Source of the DNA: Chiloscyllium plagiosum
Lineage: Eukaryota
DNA length: 64,000 nucleotides
Direction of reading: 5' to 3'
NCBI RefSeq assembly: GCF_004010195.1
Contig: NC_057718.1
Coordinates: 35,416,161-35,480,160 of the forward strand
The translations under genes were made by a program, and so were the position numbers. Positions 50,053 to 61,088 of the stretch are shown here, piece by piece. The notes under the pieces were generated by a model. That model searched no databases. It saw only the letters and a list, made by a program, of their open reading frames with translations, and was not told the origin of the DNA. How positions within the stretch are numbered: the stretch's first letter is position 1; the number at the start of each line of letters is the position of its first letter.

Positions 50053-52620
50053 AACAGTGGGACTGACAATTTAGCCCTGGCATAACTACATCCATATGAA
50101 TGATATGCCTGTGCTTCACATAGGTGGAAGTGCTGGATATTGTGAGGGCAGGAGCAACAGGTCAGATAATGGGACACCAAGCAGCTACTAAAGGACCATT
50201 GAAAAAGAAAATAATTTTTGGATATACAAATTTCATTCTCAGATTGCCCTGTAGTGGCTAAAAATAAGAGCAAAAGTTGGTCTTAGTTGGAGACAAGGAC
50301 CTCTGTTCCAACCAAGTTTGCAGTGGTTGAATAAATTCCTTTCTTTTAAAAATAATTCAACTTCATTACACCAAATTCAGGGTGAAACGAGTATGCTTTT
50401 CTATTTAAAATATACTTGGCCATGTGCAACATGACGAAGAAAGAAGCCAACAAGATATTACAAAGTTTGCATTTTAAAATAAAACTTACTCAGTTAGAAG
50501 TGTAAACATTTTTAAAAGCTAAAACATATCCCAAATCTGACAACATACATGCACACTAGCATGTAAACAAACAGAAAAGTTACAGGACTATTGGGAGGAC
50601 AAACTGGAAAAAAGTTAATGTCCATAAGCTTATGATGTTAGCTCATGTATCGATCATGTTAAGGCTGGCTACTGACTCACAATAGATGTAATGTATACAA
50701 AGGAATGAGTTTCGATCTCCCATTGTAAAAGTTATCAGGATATCATTCAAACTGCTGGGGTTGGTGCTCTGTATCCTTTTCACATACTGGATTTCAATCA
50801 GTACCTTTCTGTCTCTGGCCAGTCCTGCAGAAGAGATGTTTGTGGCTTATTGCCAAATTCAACCATCGTAATGTGAATGTGCTCCTTAGCAATGTTATTT
50901 AGACATCTATTTTGTAACTTCCTGTGAGCTTGACCAGTGTTTTAGGGTTTAAAGGATTTTGCAATTATTTTAAACCACACTGTTCTGGTTCATTTAAAGG
51001 TTTTTTTTTCAAACACAAGTCCCAGGTATTGAAGCAACTGATGAAATTAATGATCAAGAGTCCCTCTACTACAAGTTAATGACATAACCAGGCAAGATTT
51101 TTGTTTTGTTTTACAGCCTTCCCATGAAGCATCCACTTGGATTTGACTAAGGAGCAGGATTTTATTCCACTCAATGAGAGTTGTCAGATTAGCTGTTAGC
51201 TCCAAAAGGTCCCACAATGCCAATGGCAGCAGTGGCCAGGACTGGGACTACAAACTGTGCTCAAAACTAATGCCCAGAATCCAGAACCAGGTAAACTCAG
51301 GGTGGGCAGAATCCAGATTCAGGTAGACTCAGGATCTCACTGTGGGGAGGGGAGATCTGAGTACATTGGTGAAAGGGTTTGGAGTCTTAATAGAGAGACT
51401 AAAGGAGGAGATAGAACCTACAGGGGGCAGATGTGAGAAGGAAGGACCCAGTGTGAAAAGGTGGTGCTGGAGGAATACCCAACCCCCACCTCCACAAGGC
51501 TACATCTACTCTCACATGCCTGACCTTCATTGGATCATACACTGCATCTGATATTATGCGACAACTATCTTATCAGAGCCCACATGTTCTGGATATTTAG
51601 GTATATTCAAACCTTGTTCACTATTGTGCAATTTACAGCATTATTCACATTGCAACCAAAATCAGGAATAAAATCAACAATTCGTCTTCCCTTCTTTAGC
51701 GATAGCTAACTCATATCAGAATTTGTTCAGCTTTATATTGGCCATGACTTTTAACCATCACTCATACAAATAAAAGATATGTCTTGTCTTATTTGTCAAA
51801 TAATTTGTTTTATATATGAAATGGAGAAATAAGAAAGGGATAATCGCCTTATTCGGATTGTATTATAGACCCCCTAATAATCAGAGGGAAATTGAGAAAC
51901 AAATTTGTAAGGAGGTCTCAGTTATCTGTAAGAAAAATAGGGTGGTTATGGTAGGGGATTTTAACTTTCCAAACATAGACTGGGACTGCCATAGTGTTAA
52001 GGGTTTAGATGGAGAGGAATTTGTTAAGCGTGTACAAGAAAATTTTCTGATTCAGTATGTGGATATACCTACTAGAGAAGGTGCAAAACTTGACCTACTC
52101 TTGGGAAATAAGGCAGGGCAGGTGACTGAGGTGTCAGTGGGGGAGCGCTTTGGGGCTAGCGACCATAATTCTGTTTGTTTTAAAATAGTGATGGAAAAGG
52201 ATAAACAGTATTAGGCAAGAACTTCCAAAAGCTGATTGGGCTCAGATGTCCGCAGGTAAAGGGACGGCTGGAAAATGGGAAGCCCTCAGAAATAAGATAA
52301 CGAGAATCCAGAGACAGTATATTCCAGTTAGAGTGAAAGAAAAGACTGGTAGGTATAGGGAATGCTGGATGACTAAAGTAATTGAGGTCTTGGTTAAGAA
52401 AAAGTAGGAATCATATGTCAGGTATAGACAGGATAGACCGAGTGAATCCTTAGAAGAGAATAAAGGCAGTAGGAGTATACTTAAGATAGAAATCAGGAGG
52501 GCAAAAAGGGGACATGAGATAGCTTTGGCAAATAGAATTAAGGAGAATCCAAAGGGCTTTTGCTAATGGATTAAGGACAAAAGGGTAACTAGGGAGAGAA
52601 TAGGGCCCCTCAAATATCAG

Positions 52621-52829
52621 AGATGGAAATGTGTTGCTGGAAAAGCGCAGCAGGTCAGGCAGCATCTAGGGAACAGGAGAATCGACGTTTCGGGCATTAG
52701 CCCTTCTTCAGGATGCCCGAATGCCCAAAACGTCGATTCTCCTGTTCCCTAGATGCTGCCTGACCTGCTGCGCTTTTCCAGCAACACATTTCCATCTCTG
52801 ATCTCCAGCATCTGCAGACCTCACTTTCT
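52621..52829. mobile_element. Fold-back Penelope-derived insert with hammerhead core and perfect 15-bp TSD, nested in CR1
   Basis: TSD cccctcaaatatcag (52606-52620 and 52830-52844); near-perfect ~80-bp inverted arms. Confidence 0.93.
52681..52714 (-). ncRNA. Minimal type I hammerhead ribozyme motif
   Basis: Minus strand atc-CTGAAGA-a-gggc-taat-gccc-GAAAC-GTC-gat: core, stem II and a 3-bp stem I all present. Confidence 0.75.
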
Positions 52830-55221
52830 CCCCTCAAATATCAGCAAGGCAGCCTTTGTGTGGAGCCGCAGAAGATGGGGTCGATACTAAACAAGTATTT
52901 TACATCAGTATTTACTGTGGGAAAGGACATGGAAGATATAAAATGTCGGGAAATAGCTGGTGACATCTTGAAAAATGTCCATATTACAGAGGAGGAAGTG
53001 CTGGATGTTATGAAACGCATAAAAGTCGATGAATCCCCACGACCTGATCAGGTGTACCCTGGAACTCTGTGGGAAGCTAGGAAAGTGATTGCTGGGACTC
53101 TTACTGAGATATTTGTATCAATGATAGTCACAGGTGAGGTGCCGGAAGACTGGAGGTTGGCTAACATGGTGCCACTGTTTAGGAAAGGTGGTAAGGACAA
53201 GCCAGGGAACTATAGACCAGTGAGCCTGACGTCGGTGGTGAGGGACAGGATGTACATGTATTTGGAAAGGCAAGGACTGATTAGGGATAGTCAACATGGC
53301 ATTGTGTGTGGGAAATCATGTCTCACAAACTTGATTGAGTTTTTGAAGAAGCAACAAAGAGGGCAGAGCGGTAGGTATGATTTATATGCACTTTAGTAAG
53401 GCATTCGACAAGGTTCCCCATGGAAGACTGATGAGCAAGGTTAGATCTCACGGAATATAGGAAGAATTCGGCCATTTGGTACAGAACTGGCTCAAAGGTA
53501 GAAGACAGAGAGTGGTGGTAGTGGAAAGTTGTTTTTTCAGACTGGAGGCCTGTGACCAGTGGAGGACGACAAGGATCAGTGCTGGGTCCACTACTTTTCA
53601 TCATTTATATAAATGATTTGAATGTGAGCATAAGAGGTATAGTTAGTAAGTTTGCTGATGACACCAAAATTGGAGGTGTAGTGGACAGTGAAGAAGGCTA
53701 CCTCAGATTACAACAGGATCTTGATCAGATGGGCCAATGGGCTGAGAAGTGGCAGATGGAGTTTAATTCAGATAAATGTGAGGTGCTGCACTTTGGGAAA
53801 GCAAATCTTAGCTGGACTTATACACTTAATGGTAAGGTCATAGGGAGCGTTGCTGAACAAAGAGACCTTGGAGTGTAGGTTCATAGCTCCTTGAAAGTGG
53901 AGTCGCAGGTAGATAGGATGGTGAAGAAGGTGTTTGGTATGCTTTCCTTTATTGGTCAGAGTATTGAGTACAGGAGTTGGGAGGTCATGTTCCGGCTGTA
54001 CAGGATATTGGTTAGGCCACTGTTGGAATATTACATGCAATTCTGGTCTCTTTCCTATTGGAAAGATGTTCTGAAACTTGAAAGGGTTCAAAAAAGATTT
54101 ACAAGGATGTTGCCAGGGTTGGAGGATCTGAGCTATAGGGAGAGATTGAACAGGCTGGGGCTGTTTTCCCTGGAGCGTCAGAGGCTGAGGGGTGACCTTA
54201 TAGATATTTATAAAATCATGAGGGGCATGGATAGGATAAATAGACAAAGTCTTTTCTCTGAGGTTGAGGAGTCCAGAACTAGAGGGTATAGGTTTAGGCT
54301 GAGAGGGGAAAGATATAAAAGAGACCTAAGGGGCAATGTTTTCACACTGAGGGTGGTACGGGTATGGAATGAGCTGCCAGAGGAAGTGGTGGAGGCTGGT
54401 ACAATTGCAACATTTAAAAGACATTTGGATGGGTATATGAATAGGAAGGGTTTGGAAGGATATGGGCCGGGTGCTGACAGGTGGGACTATATTGGGTTGG
54501 GATATCTGGTCGGCATGGACAGGTCGGACCGAAGGGTCTGTTTCTGTGCATCTCTATGACTCTATGACTCTAAGTACTGAGTTTTCCAACTCTTCTTCCT
54601 ACCTAATGTCCAGCTGACAAAGGCTATTCACTTTCATGTGGCCCACTTCACTGCAGAGGTTACAAAGCGAGACATGAAACCTTCAAATGGGGATGTTTCT
54701 ACATTTCCCCTTTGCAATAAGGCCATCGCGTGGGTTTTACCAAATTTCTCTTCCTTTCCAGCCATGTTTATTGATGTGGTGTCTTCCATCTGAAAGTCTA
54801 ATCAAGGACTGGAAAAATATAACCAGCCAAATGTAGCAGCCTTGGACTCCACACAGTTCTTTAAAAGAATTCAACAGATTGACCTTGTTTAAACAAGACA
54901 ACACTGGAAATTTCAGCCAAGGTGCTCAGAATTTATGTAAGAGATCAATGCTGCCCCCTACAGCAGTCTACACAACGCCACTGAGTAAAAGTTAACAGCT
55001 CCAACAGATCAGTACAAACAGATTTGTTTTAGTTACCAACGATAATGTGAAACCCTCAGTTAAAAATCCATTTGATCAATATTTAACACCCCTCTGAACT
55101 TTAATAAAAAGATATATAGGTTAATAGGGAATTTGGAGTTCAGGTAGAAGATGAGCTATGGGCTTGTTGAGGAACAGAACAGGCTTGAAGGGCTAAATGG
55201 CTTAAAACTGCTGTTATTCAG

Positions 55222-56170
55222 AGTCATAGAGATGTACAGCATGGAAATAGACTCTTCGGTCCAATTCATCCATGCCAACCAGATATCCTAACCTAATCTA
55301 GTCCCGTTTGCCTGTACTTGGCCCATATCCCTGCAAATGCTTCCTATTCATATACCCATCCAAATGCCTTTTAAATGTTGTAATTATACCAGCCTCCACC
55401 ACTTCCTCTAGCAGCTTATTCTATACATTCACCACCTTCTACTTGAAAAGGTTGCCCCTTAAGTCCCTTTTAAATCTTTTACCCCTCTCCTTAAATCTCT
55501 GCCCTCTAGTTTTGGAATCCCCCACCCGGGGAAAAGACCTTGTTCATTTACCCTATCCATGCTCCTCATGATTTTGTAAACCTCTATAAGGTCACCCCTC
55601 AGCCCCAGCCTGTTCAACCTCTCCCTATAGCTCAAATCCTCCAACCTCTGCAACATCCTTGTAAATCTTTATTGAACCCTTTCAAGTTTCACAACATCTT
55701 TCTTATTCATATATCCATCCAAATACCTTTTCAATGTTGCAATTGTACCAGCCTCCACCACATCCTCTGGCAGCTCATTTCATATGCGTACCACCCTCTG
55801 CATGAAAAAGTTGCCCCTTAGGTCTCTTTTATATCTTTCCCCTCTCACCCTAAACCTATGCCCTCTAGTTCTGGACTCCCTCATCCCAGGGAAAAGACTT
55901 TGTCTATTTATCCTATCCATACCCCTCATAATTTTGTAAACCTCTATAATGTCACCCCTCAGCCTCTGATGCTCCAGGGAAAACAGCCCCAGCCTGTTCA
56001 ACCTCTCCCTATAGCTCAAATCCTCCAACCTCTGCAACATCCTTGTAAATCCTTTTTGAACCCTTTCAAGTTTCACAACATCCTTCCTATATGCAGGGAG
56101 ACCAGAAATCGATGCAGTATTCTAAAAGTGGCCTAAACAGATGTCCTGTACAGCCATAACATAACCTCCC
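55222..56170 (-). mobile_element. Two tandem CR1-type 3' fragments (55222-55700 and 55703-56170)
   Basis: Minus ORFs 55459-55656 and 55780-56076 both read MLQRLEDLSYRERLNRLGL..RGD.IEVYKIMR. Confidence 0.9.
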
Positions 56171-56954
56171 CTTCTAATGCCCTGATGAAAATTAGGAGTA
56201 ATGTTTAATGGGTAACTGAGATAAAAGCATATACTTAACACTGTTGGTCAAAATGAAAATTAACCTCATTACATTGTAGATTTTTATCATCATTATTGTT
56301 ACAAAATTTGATAATTCAAAGATTTGAAACAATCACTAGATAATAGTTATTGCAAGCCAGAAGTTCTTGTCAATAAGGCCAGTGGAATAAATGTCACAGA
56401 ATTTTCTCAAAATAAATTTGTTTTGAAGTTGGGAATTTTGACTGGGCTTGGTTGCGATATTGAAATCAAAAATACCATCTCATGTGACCAGGCTACCATG
56501 TTTTCTAGTTACCATCATTGGTGGTGCTGAAGCACAGTGGTCAAATTTCCTGAGGTTACTAACCTTTTCCTCATCTGCTCGAATCCCTCTGAATGTCTAA
56601 ACCTTCATTTGAGTGCACTACACTTTGTGATTGCATTTTCCCAACCTCCCACCTTATGTTCCAATTACATATCTGCATTCTTTCAACTTCCAGTCTTGGT
56701 GTTCTCCACATACTCTAGTCTTCTGATGAGCAACAAGCCCCTGCGACCCTGCTTTCTGGAACTTCCTCTCTCAACTCATTCTCCGTAATTCCCCTCAGAA
56801 CCTGTTTATGAACAGGTCTTTCAAACTCTTAACCCTTCAGTCTGTCAAATCATTGCTTCTTTCCTCCACTCCTCACATACCTACACTCCCACCATTGATA
56901 GTTGACATTGCCATTCGCTCAGTACAACTCCTTCCCAAATGAATGAACTAACCC

Positions 56955-57316
56955 TGTAGAGATTTATAAAATAACTAGGGGCCTGGATAAGGTGAATAGC
57001 CAAAGTCTTTTTCCAAGGGTAAGGGAGTCCAAAATTAAAGGGTATAGGTTCAAGGTGAGAGGGGAAACATTTAAAAGGGATCTAAAGGGCAACGTTTTCA
57101 TACAGAGTGTGGAGTGTGTATGGAATGAACTGCCAGAGAAAGTGATAGATACAGGTACAATTACAACATTTAAAAGGCATTTGGATAGGTACATGAATAG
57201 GAGAGGTTTATAGAGATGTGGACCTAATGCTGGCAAATATGACTAGTACAGTTTAGCTTGGCATGGATGAGTTGGACCAAAGAGTCTGTTTCCATGCTGT
57301 ATGACCCTATGACTCT
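56955..57316 (+). mobile_element. CR1-type LINE 3' end
   Basis: QSLFPRVRESKIKGYRFKVRGETFKRDLKGNVF..WNELP; tatgaccctatgactc tail. Confidence 0.9.
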
Positions 57317-58877
57317 GGAACCAGAAATACAATATTCATTGTGCAAGTTCTTGACTGTCAGTCAAACAGCCTTTATCATCCACTATTTTCAATACCTTTT
57401 TCTGTACCTAATGATTTTTCTCTGCACTAGCAAATAAAGTCTCAAGTCATTAGTTTGCTCATAGCACGGTTTCAGAGCTAGGAGATTAATTCCTGGTTAT
57501 CCCGGGGTCATTCTACTGTTCTCCACTGACTGTGTTGTGCTATGCCTTGGGATACTCACCACAGTAAAAACACCTATTATCTGCACATTGCAGCTGCTGT
57601 GCTGAGGACCAGGAATCAGCTAGCATTCCCACTACTGATCAACATCCATTGGCACCGACTGGAAGGAGCTTGTGTATGGTTGTCAGTGTGGACAAGATTG
57701 TGATTCCCTCTGGGGTGGAAGCAGCTTGCTAATATTTACAGTCATGTGCCTCATGTATAGTAGGGCAACATGGCCTAGGAATAGCACTGTGTCCACTAAA
57801 CTGCAGTCCTGCCAAAGAAGACGAAGGGAGCAAATAGACAAACAGAATCAAAAGTAGCCAAAAATCAACCAGAGATTCTTTGATTTTTTTTCAGGAGACT
57901 TTAAGATAAAAGATGAAGCCATGGCCATTTAAATACATTGGTTCAGTAAGTGTTTTCATAAAGTGTTTCAGCCGCAATGTGGCATGCACTGCACCACTGA
58001 GCTCAATTTCAACCTCTTGATTCATGCAGTTCTGCAATCTTCATTTGTTCCCATTCTCTCAGAAGGCAAGCATCAACCTGTAAAAGTGCTGTCTTTATCA
58101 CATGAGGGAGAAATCCATTGGCAATGAGGAAGACAGAGAAAATGCCAATCACAAAAAAAGGCTAAGGCTTCAAAGAATAAAGTCAAATAACCCCCAATCA
58201 CTACTGGCTTTGGATTGTTCTGAGATCAGTCACAGATCACATCACATGGACAAGACAGTGTTGGCAAGTTGATTCATGAGTTTAAGGGGCACAGAGATAA
58301 CCCGTCAATATGTGATGTTGTGGCTGTGTCAGTTAAACAGGTGCATGAAGAGCTGCACATGCAAAGCAGAATCTGATGTACTTGGTTGCTCTGCACTGAC
58401 AAGTATCACTGCAGACAACCCCTTAACCCTGGGCCAAACATTGTTCGGCAAGTAACCTTTGCACGCACTGGCATCCTGTCATCTCTATAAGACATCGCAG
58501 GGTAAGGAAGTCAATGTTCCAATCAACTGAAAAATGTTAGGTGCCAACATTCAGATTTCCAGGTTGTTTTGGTCTGGCCCAAACAAAGAGAAAATTGACT
58601 GGTGAATGACAACAAGAAACATGTTTCATTGCAGTGCAAATTCAAAAGGATACTCTAATCTGTTGTGAGATTGGTGCATGAGCTTTGTGCAACTGAAAGA
58701 GAAACTTTCTTGATTTAAGAAAGTCATGCACCAATCAGGTCTGATTAAATGATTTGTTTTCCCTACAGCTGCCATCCAACAGCCCAGTCCTAGCAGGTTT
58801 GCTAATTCGGTTTTGTCTTCACGTCAAGAGAGTTTTGCCAGTCTTGTTGTAGCTCCAGAATAGTGCATGGTACCCAA

Positions 58878-58927
58878 TGGGTGTGGCATTACTCACACCC
58901 ATTGGGTGTGGCATTACTCACACCCAT
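58878..58927. repeat. Perfect 25-bp tandem duplication of a hairpin
   Basis: tgggtgtggcattactcacacccat x2; each unit has a tgggtgtg/cacaccca stem. Confidence 0.9.
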
Positions 58928-59034
58928 TACAATCAGGAATTGAGAGTTATGATAGTAAAGTTAGATGAGGGGGATGTGAGAGGCTCAAGTGCAGCATAAT
59001 TGCTAGCATGGTCTACACTGTTCACTATATGCAG

Positions 59035-59445
59035 ACTGAAGATTGGAGGAACAACACCTCATCTTCAGCCTAGGCAGCCTAAGCCTAGAGGACTCAACAT
59101 TGAGTTCTCCAATTTCAAATAACCTCCCTTCCTAACCCCTAGCTCCCTTCCCAGCCCCTTCCCCTCCCTTCCATTCCTCTGACCGACCCTTCCTTCTAGC
59201 TACCAACTGGATTCATCCCTCCCATTGACCAAGCAGGTCAAACCCTCTACCTGTGTTCACTTATCAGCACCACACCATCTCACCCCGCTCCCCACCCAAA
59301 ACCCTCCCCCACTCTCCCCTTTATCTGCAGCTCCCCTTACACCCACCCCCAGTCCTGAAGAAGGATTACACCCAAAATGTTGACTTCTCCACCTCCTGAC
59401 GCTGCCTGGCTTGCTATGTTCCTCTAGCATTCTGCTTCTCTACCT
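59035..59445 (+). mobile_element. Penelope-like element 3' end (endonuclease C-terminus, C-rich UTR, decayed hammerhead core)
   Basis: RLEEQHLIFSLGSL..RGLNIEFSNFK*; 'cagtcctgaagaaggattacacccaaaatgttgac..gacgctgcctggcttgct'. Confidence 0.82.
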
Positions 59446-59614
59446 GGGCTACAGTTTATAGTTGTTAACTTATGATAATGTACATCCAGGGTGCCACATT
59501 TACTGCTGCACTGCAGTCAGGTATTGAGCAGTAATGTATCAGTTAACCATCCACACAGAGGGTTGTAAGAAATGCAGTTAATGAAGCTTCATTTTCGGTC
59601 TACCCTAGCAATGA

Positions 59615-60468
59615 GATCTTGATCAGATGGGCCAATGGGCTAAGGAGTGGCAGATGGAGTTTGATTTAGATAAATGTGAGGTGCTGCATTTTGGAAAAGC
59701 AAATCAGAGCAGTATTAATACACTTAATGGTAAGGTCCTAGGGAGTGTTGCTGAACAAAGAGACCTTGGAGTGCAGGTTCATAGCTCCTTGAAAGTAGAG
59801 TCACAGGTAGATAGGATAGTGAAGAAGGTGTTTGGTATGCTTTCCTTTATTGGTCAGAGCATTGAGTACAGGAGTTGGGAGGTCATGTTGTGGTTGTACA
59901 GGACATTGGTTAGGCCACTTTTGGAATGTTGCATGCAATTCTGGTCTCCTTCCTATCGGAAGGAATTGTGGAACTTGGAAGGGTTCAGAAAAGATTTACA
60001 AGGATGTTGCCAGGATTGGACGATTTGAGCTATAGGGAGTGGCTAAATAGGCTGGGGCTGTTTTCCCTGGAGCATTGGAGCCTGAAGGGTGACCTATACA
60101 GATTTATAAAATCATGAGGGACATGGATAGGATAAATAAAGTCTTTTCCCTGGGGTGGGGGAGTCCAGAACTAGAGGGCATATGTTTAGGGTGAGAGGGG
60201 AAAGATATAAAAGAGACCGAAGGGGAAACTTTTTCATGCAGAGGGTGTTATATGAATGGAATGAGCTGCCAGTGGAAGTGGTGGAGGCTGGTACAATTGC
60301 AACATTTAAAAGGCATCTGGATGGGTATATGAATAGGAAGGGTTTGAAAGGATATGGGCCAGGTGCTAGCAGGGGAGACAAGATTGGGTTGGGATATCTG
60401 GTCATCATAGACAAGTTAGACCAAAAGGACTGTTTCCATGCTGTACATCTCAATGACTCTATGACTCT
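59615..60468 (+). mobile_element. HER1/CR1-type LINE 3' fragment
   Basis: MGQWAKEWQMEF..KCEVLHFG through (ctatga)n tail; close to the 10995 and 51816 copies. Confidence 0.95.
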
Positions 60469-60581
60469 AAGTATGGTTATATAACTTCTGAGAACTAGAA
60501 TAGCAGAAAAATTGGATCAAATACTGATGTTTGGAAATTCTATATGTAATTCTTTAATTCTTTTTATTCTCCCTCCCATTA

Positions 60582-60927
60582 GGGAGGCATTACTATAGTG
60601 ATAATGTCACTGGACAAGTCATCCAGAAACCCAGGCTAATTTTCTGTTTGAATCCCACCATGGCAGATGGTGAAATTTGAATTTAATGCAAGTCTAGAAT
60701 AAAAAGCAGGCCTAATAATGAACAGGCAACCACTGCTAGCTGTTATAAAAATGCATCCGGTTCACTAATGTCTTTTAGGGAAGGAAATCCACCAGTCTCG
60801 TGTGCTTTGGCCTACATGTGATTCCAGACCGACACTAATATAGTTGATTTTTAACTGTCCTCAGACAATTAGGGATATGCAATCAATGCCGGCCTTGCCA
60901 TTGCTGTCCATATCCCAAGAATAACAA
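60582..60927 (+). mobile_element. Second tRNA-derived SINE family
   Basis: tRNA-like head 'tagtgataatgtcactggac...gtttgaatcccaccatggc' and tail 'caattagggat..gccggccttgcca..catatccca'. Confidence 0.75.
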
Positions 60928-61002
60928 TAATAAAATTACTTTCCATTGCCATAGAAATCACACATAGGTTCATACAAATTGTTCATCTTCCTGTTATTTG
61001 AA

Positions 61003-61088
61003 TCACCTGATGAAGCAGCAGCACTCCAAAAAGCTAGTCTTTCCAAATAAATCTGTTAGACTATAACCTGGTGTTGTGTGATTTTTTA
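61003..61088 (+). mobile_element. Partial copy of the 18802 PLE-terminus family with decayed hammerhead core
   Basis: 'cacctgatgaagcagcagcactccaaaagctagt...gactataacctggtgttgtgtgattttt'. Confidence 0.8.

Larger units (their letters stand above)
51816..54572 (+). mobile_element. HER1/CR1-type LINE, 5'-truncated, disrupted ORF2
   Basis: GLYYRPPN..VMVGDFNFPNIDW..SDHN (APE), [28 protein letters not shown]; (ctatga)n tail; stops and deletions. Confidence 0.95.

Noticed and set aside
51816..54572. Active LINE
   Set aside because: 5'-truncated, with multiple stops, deletions and a nested insertion in ORF2
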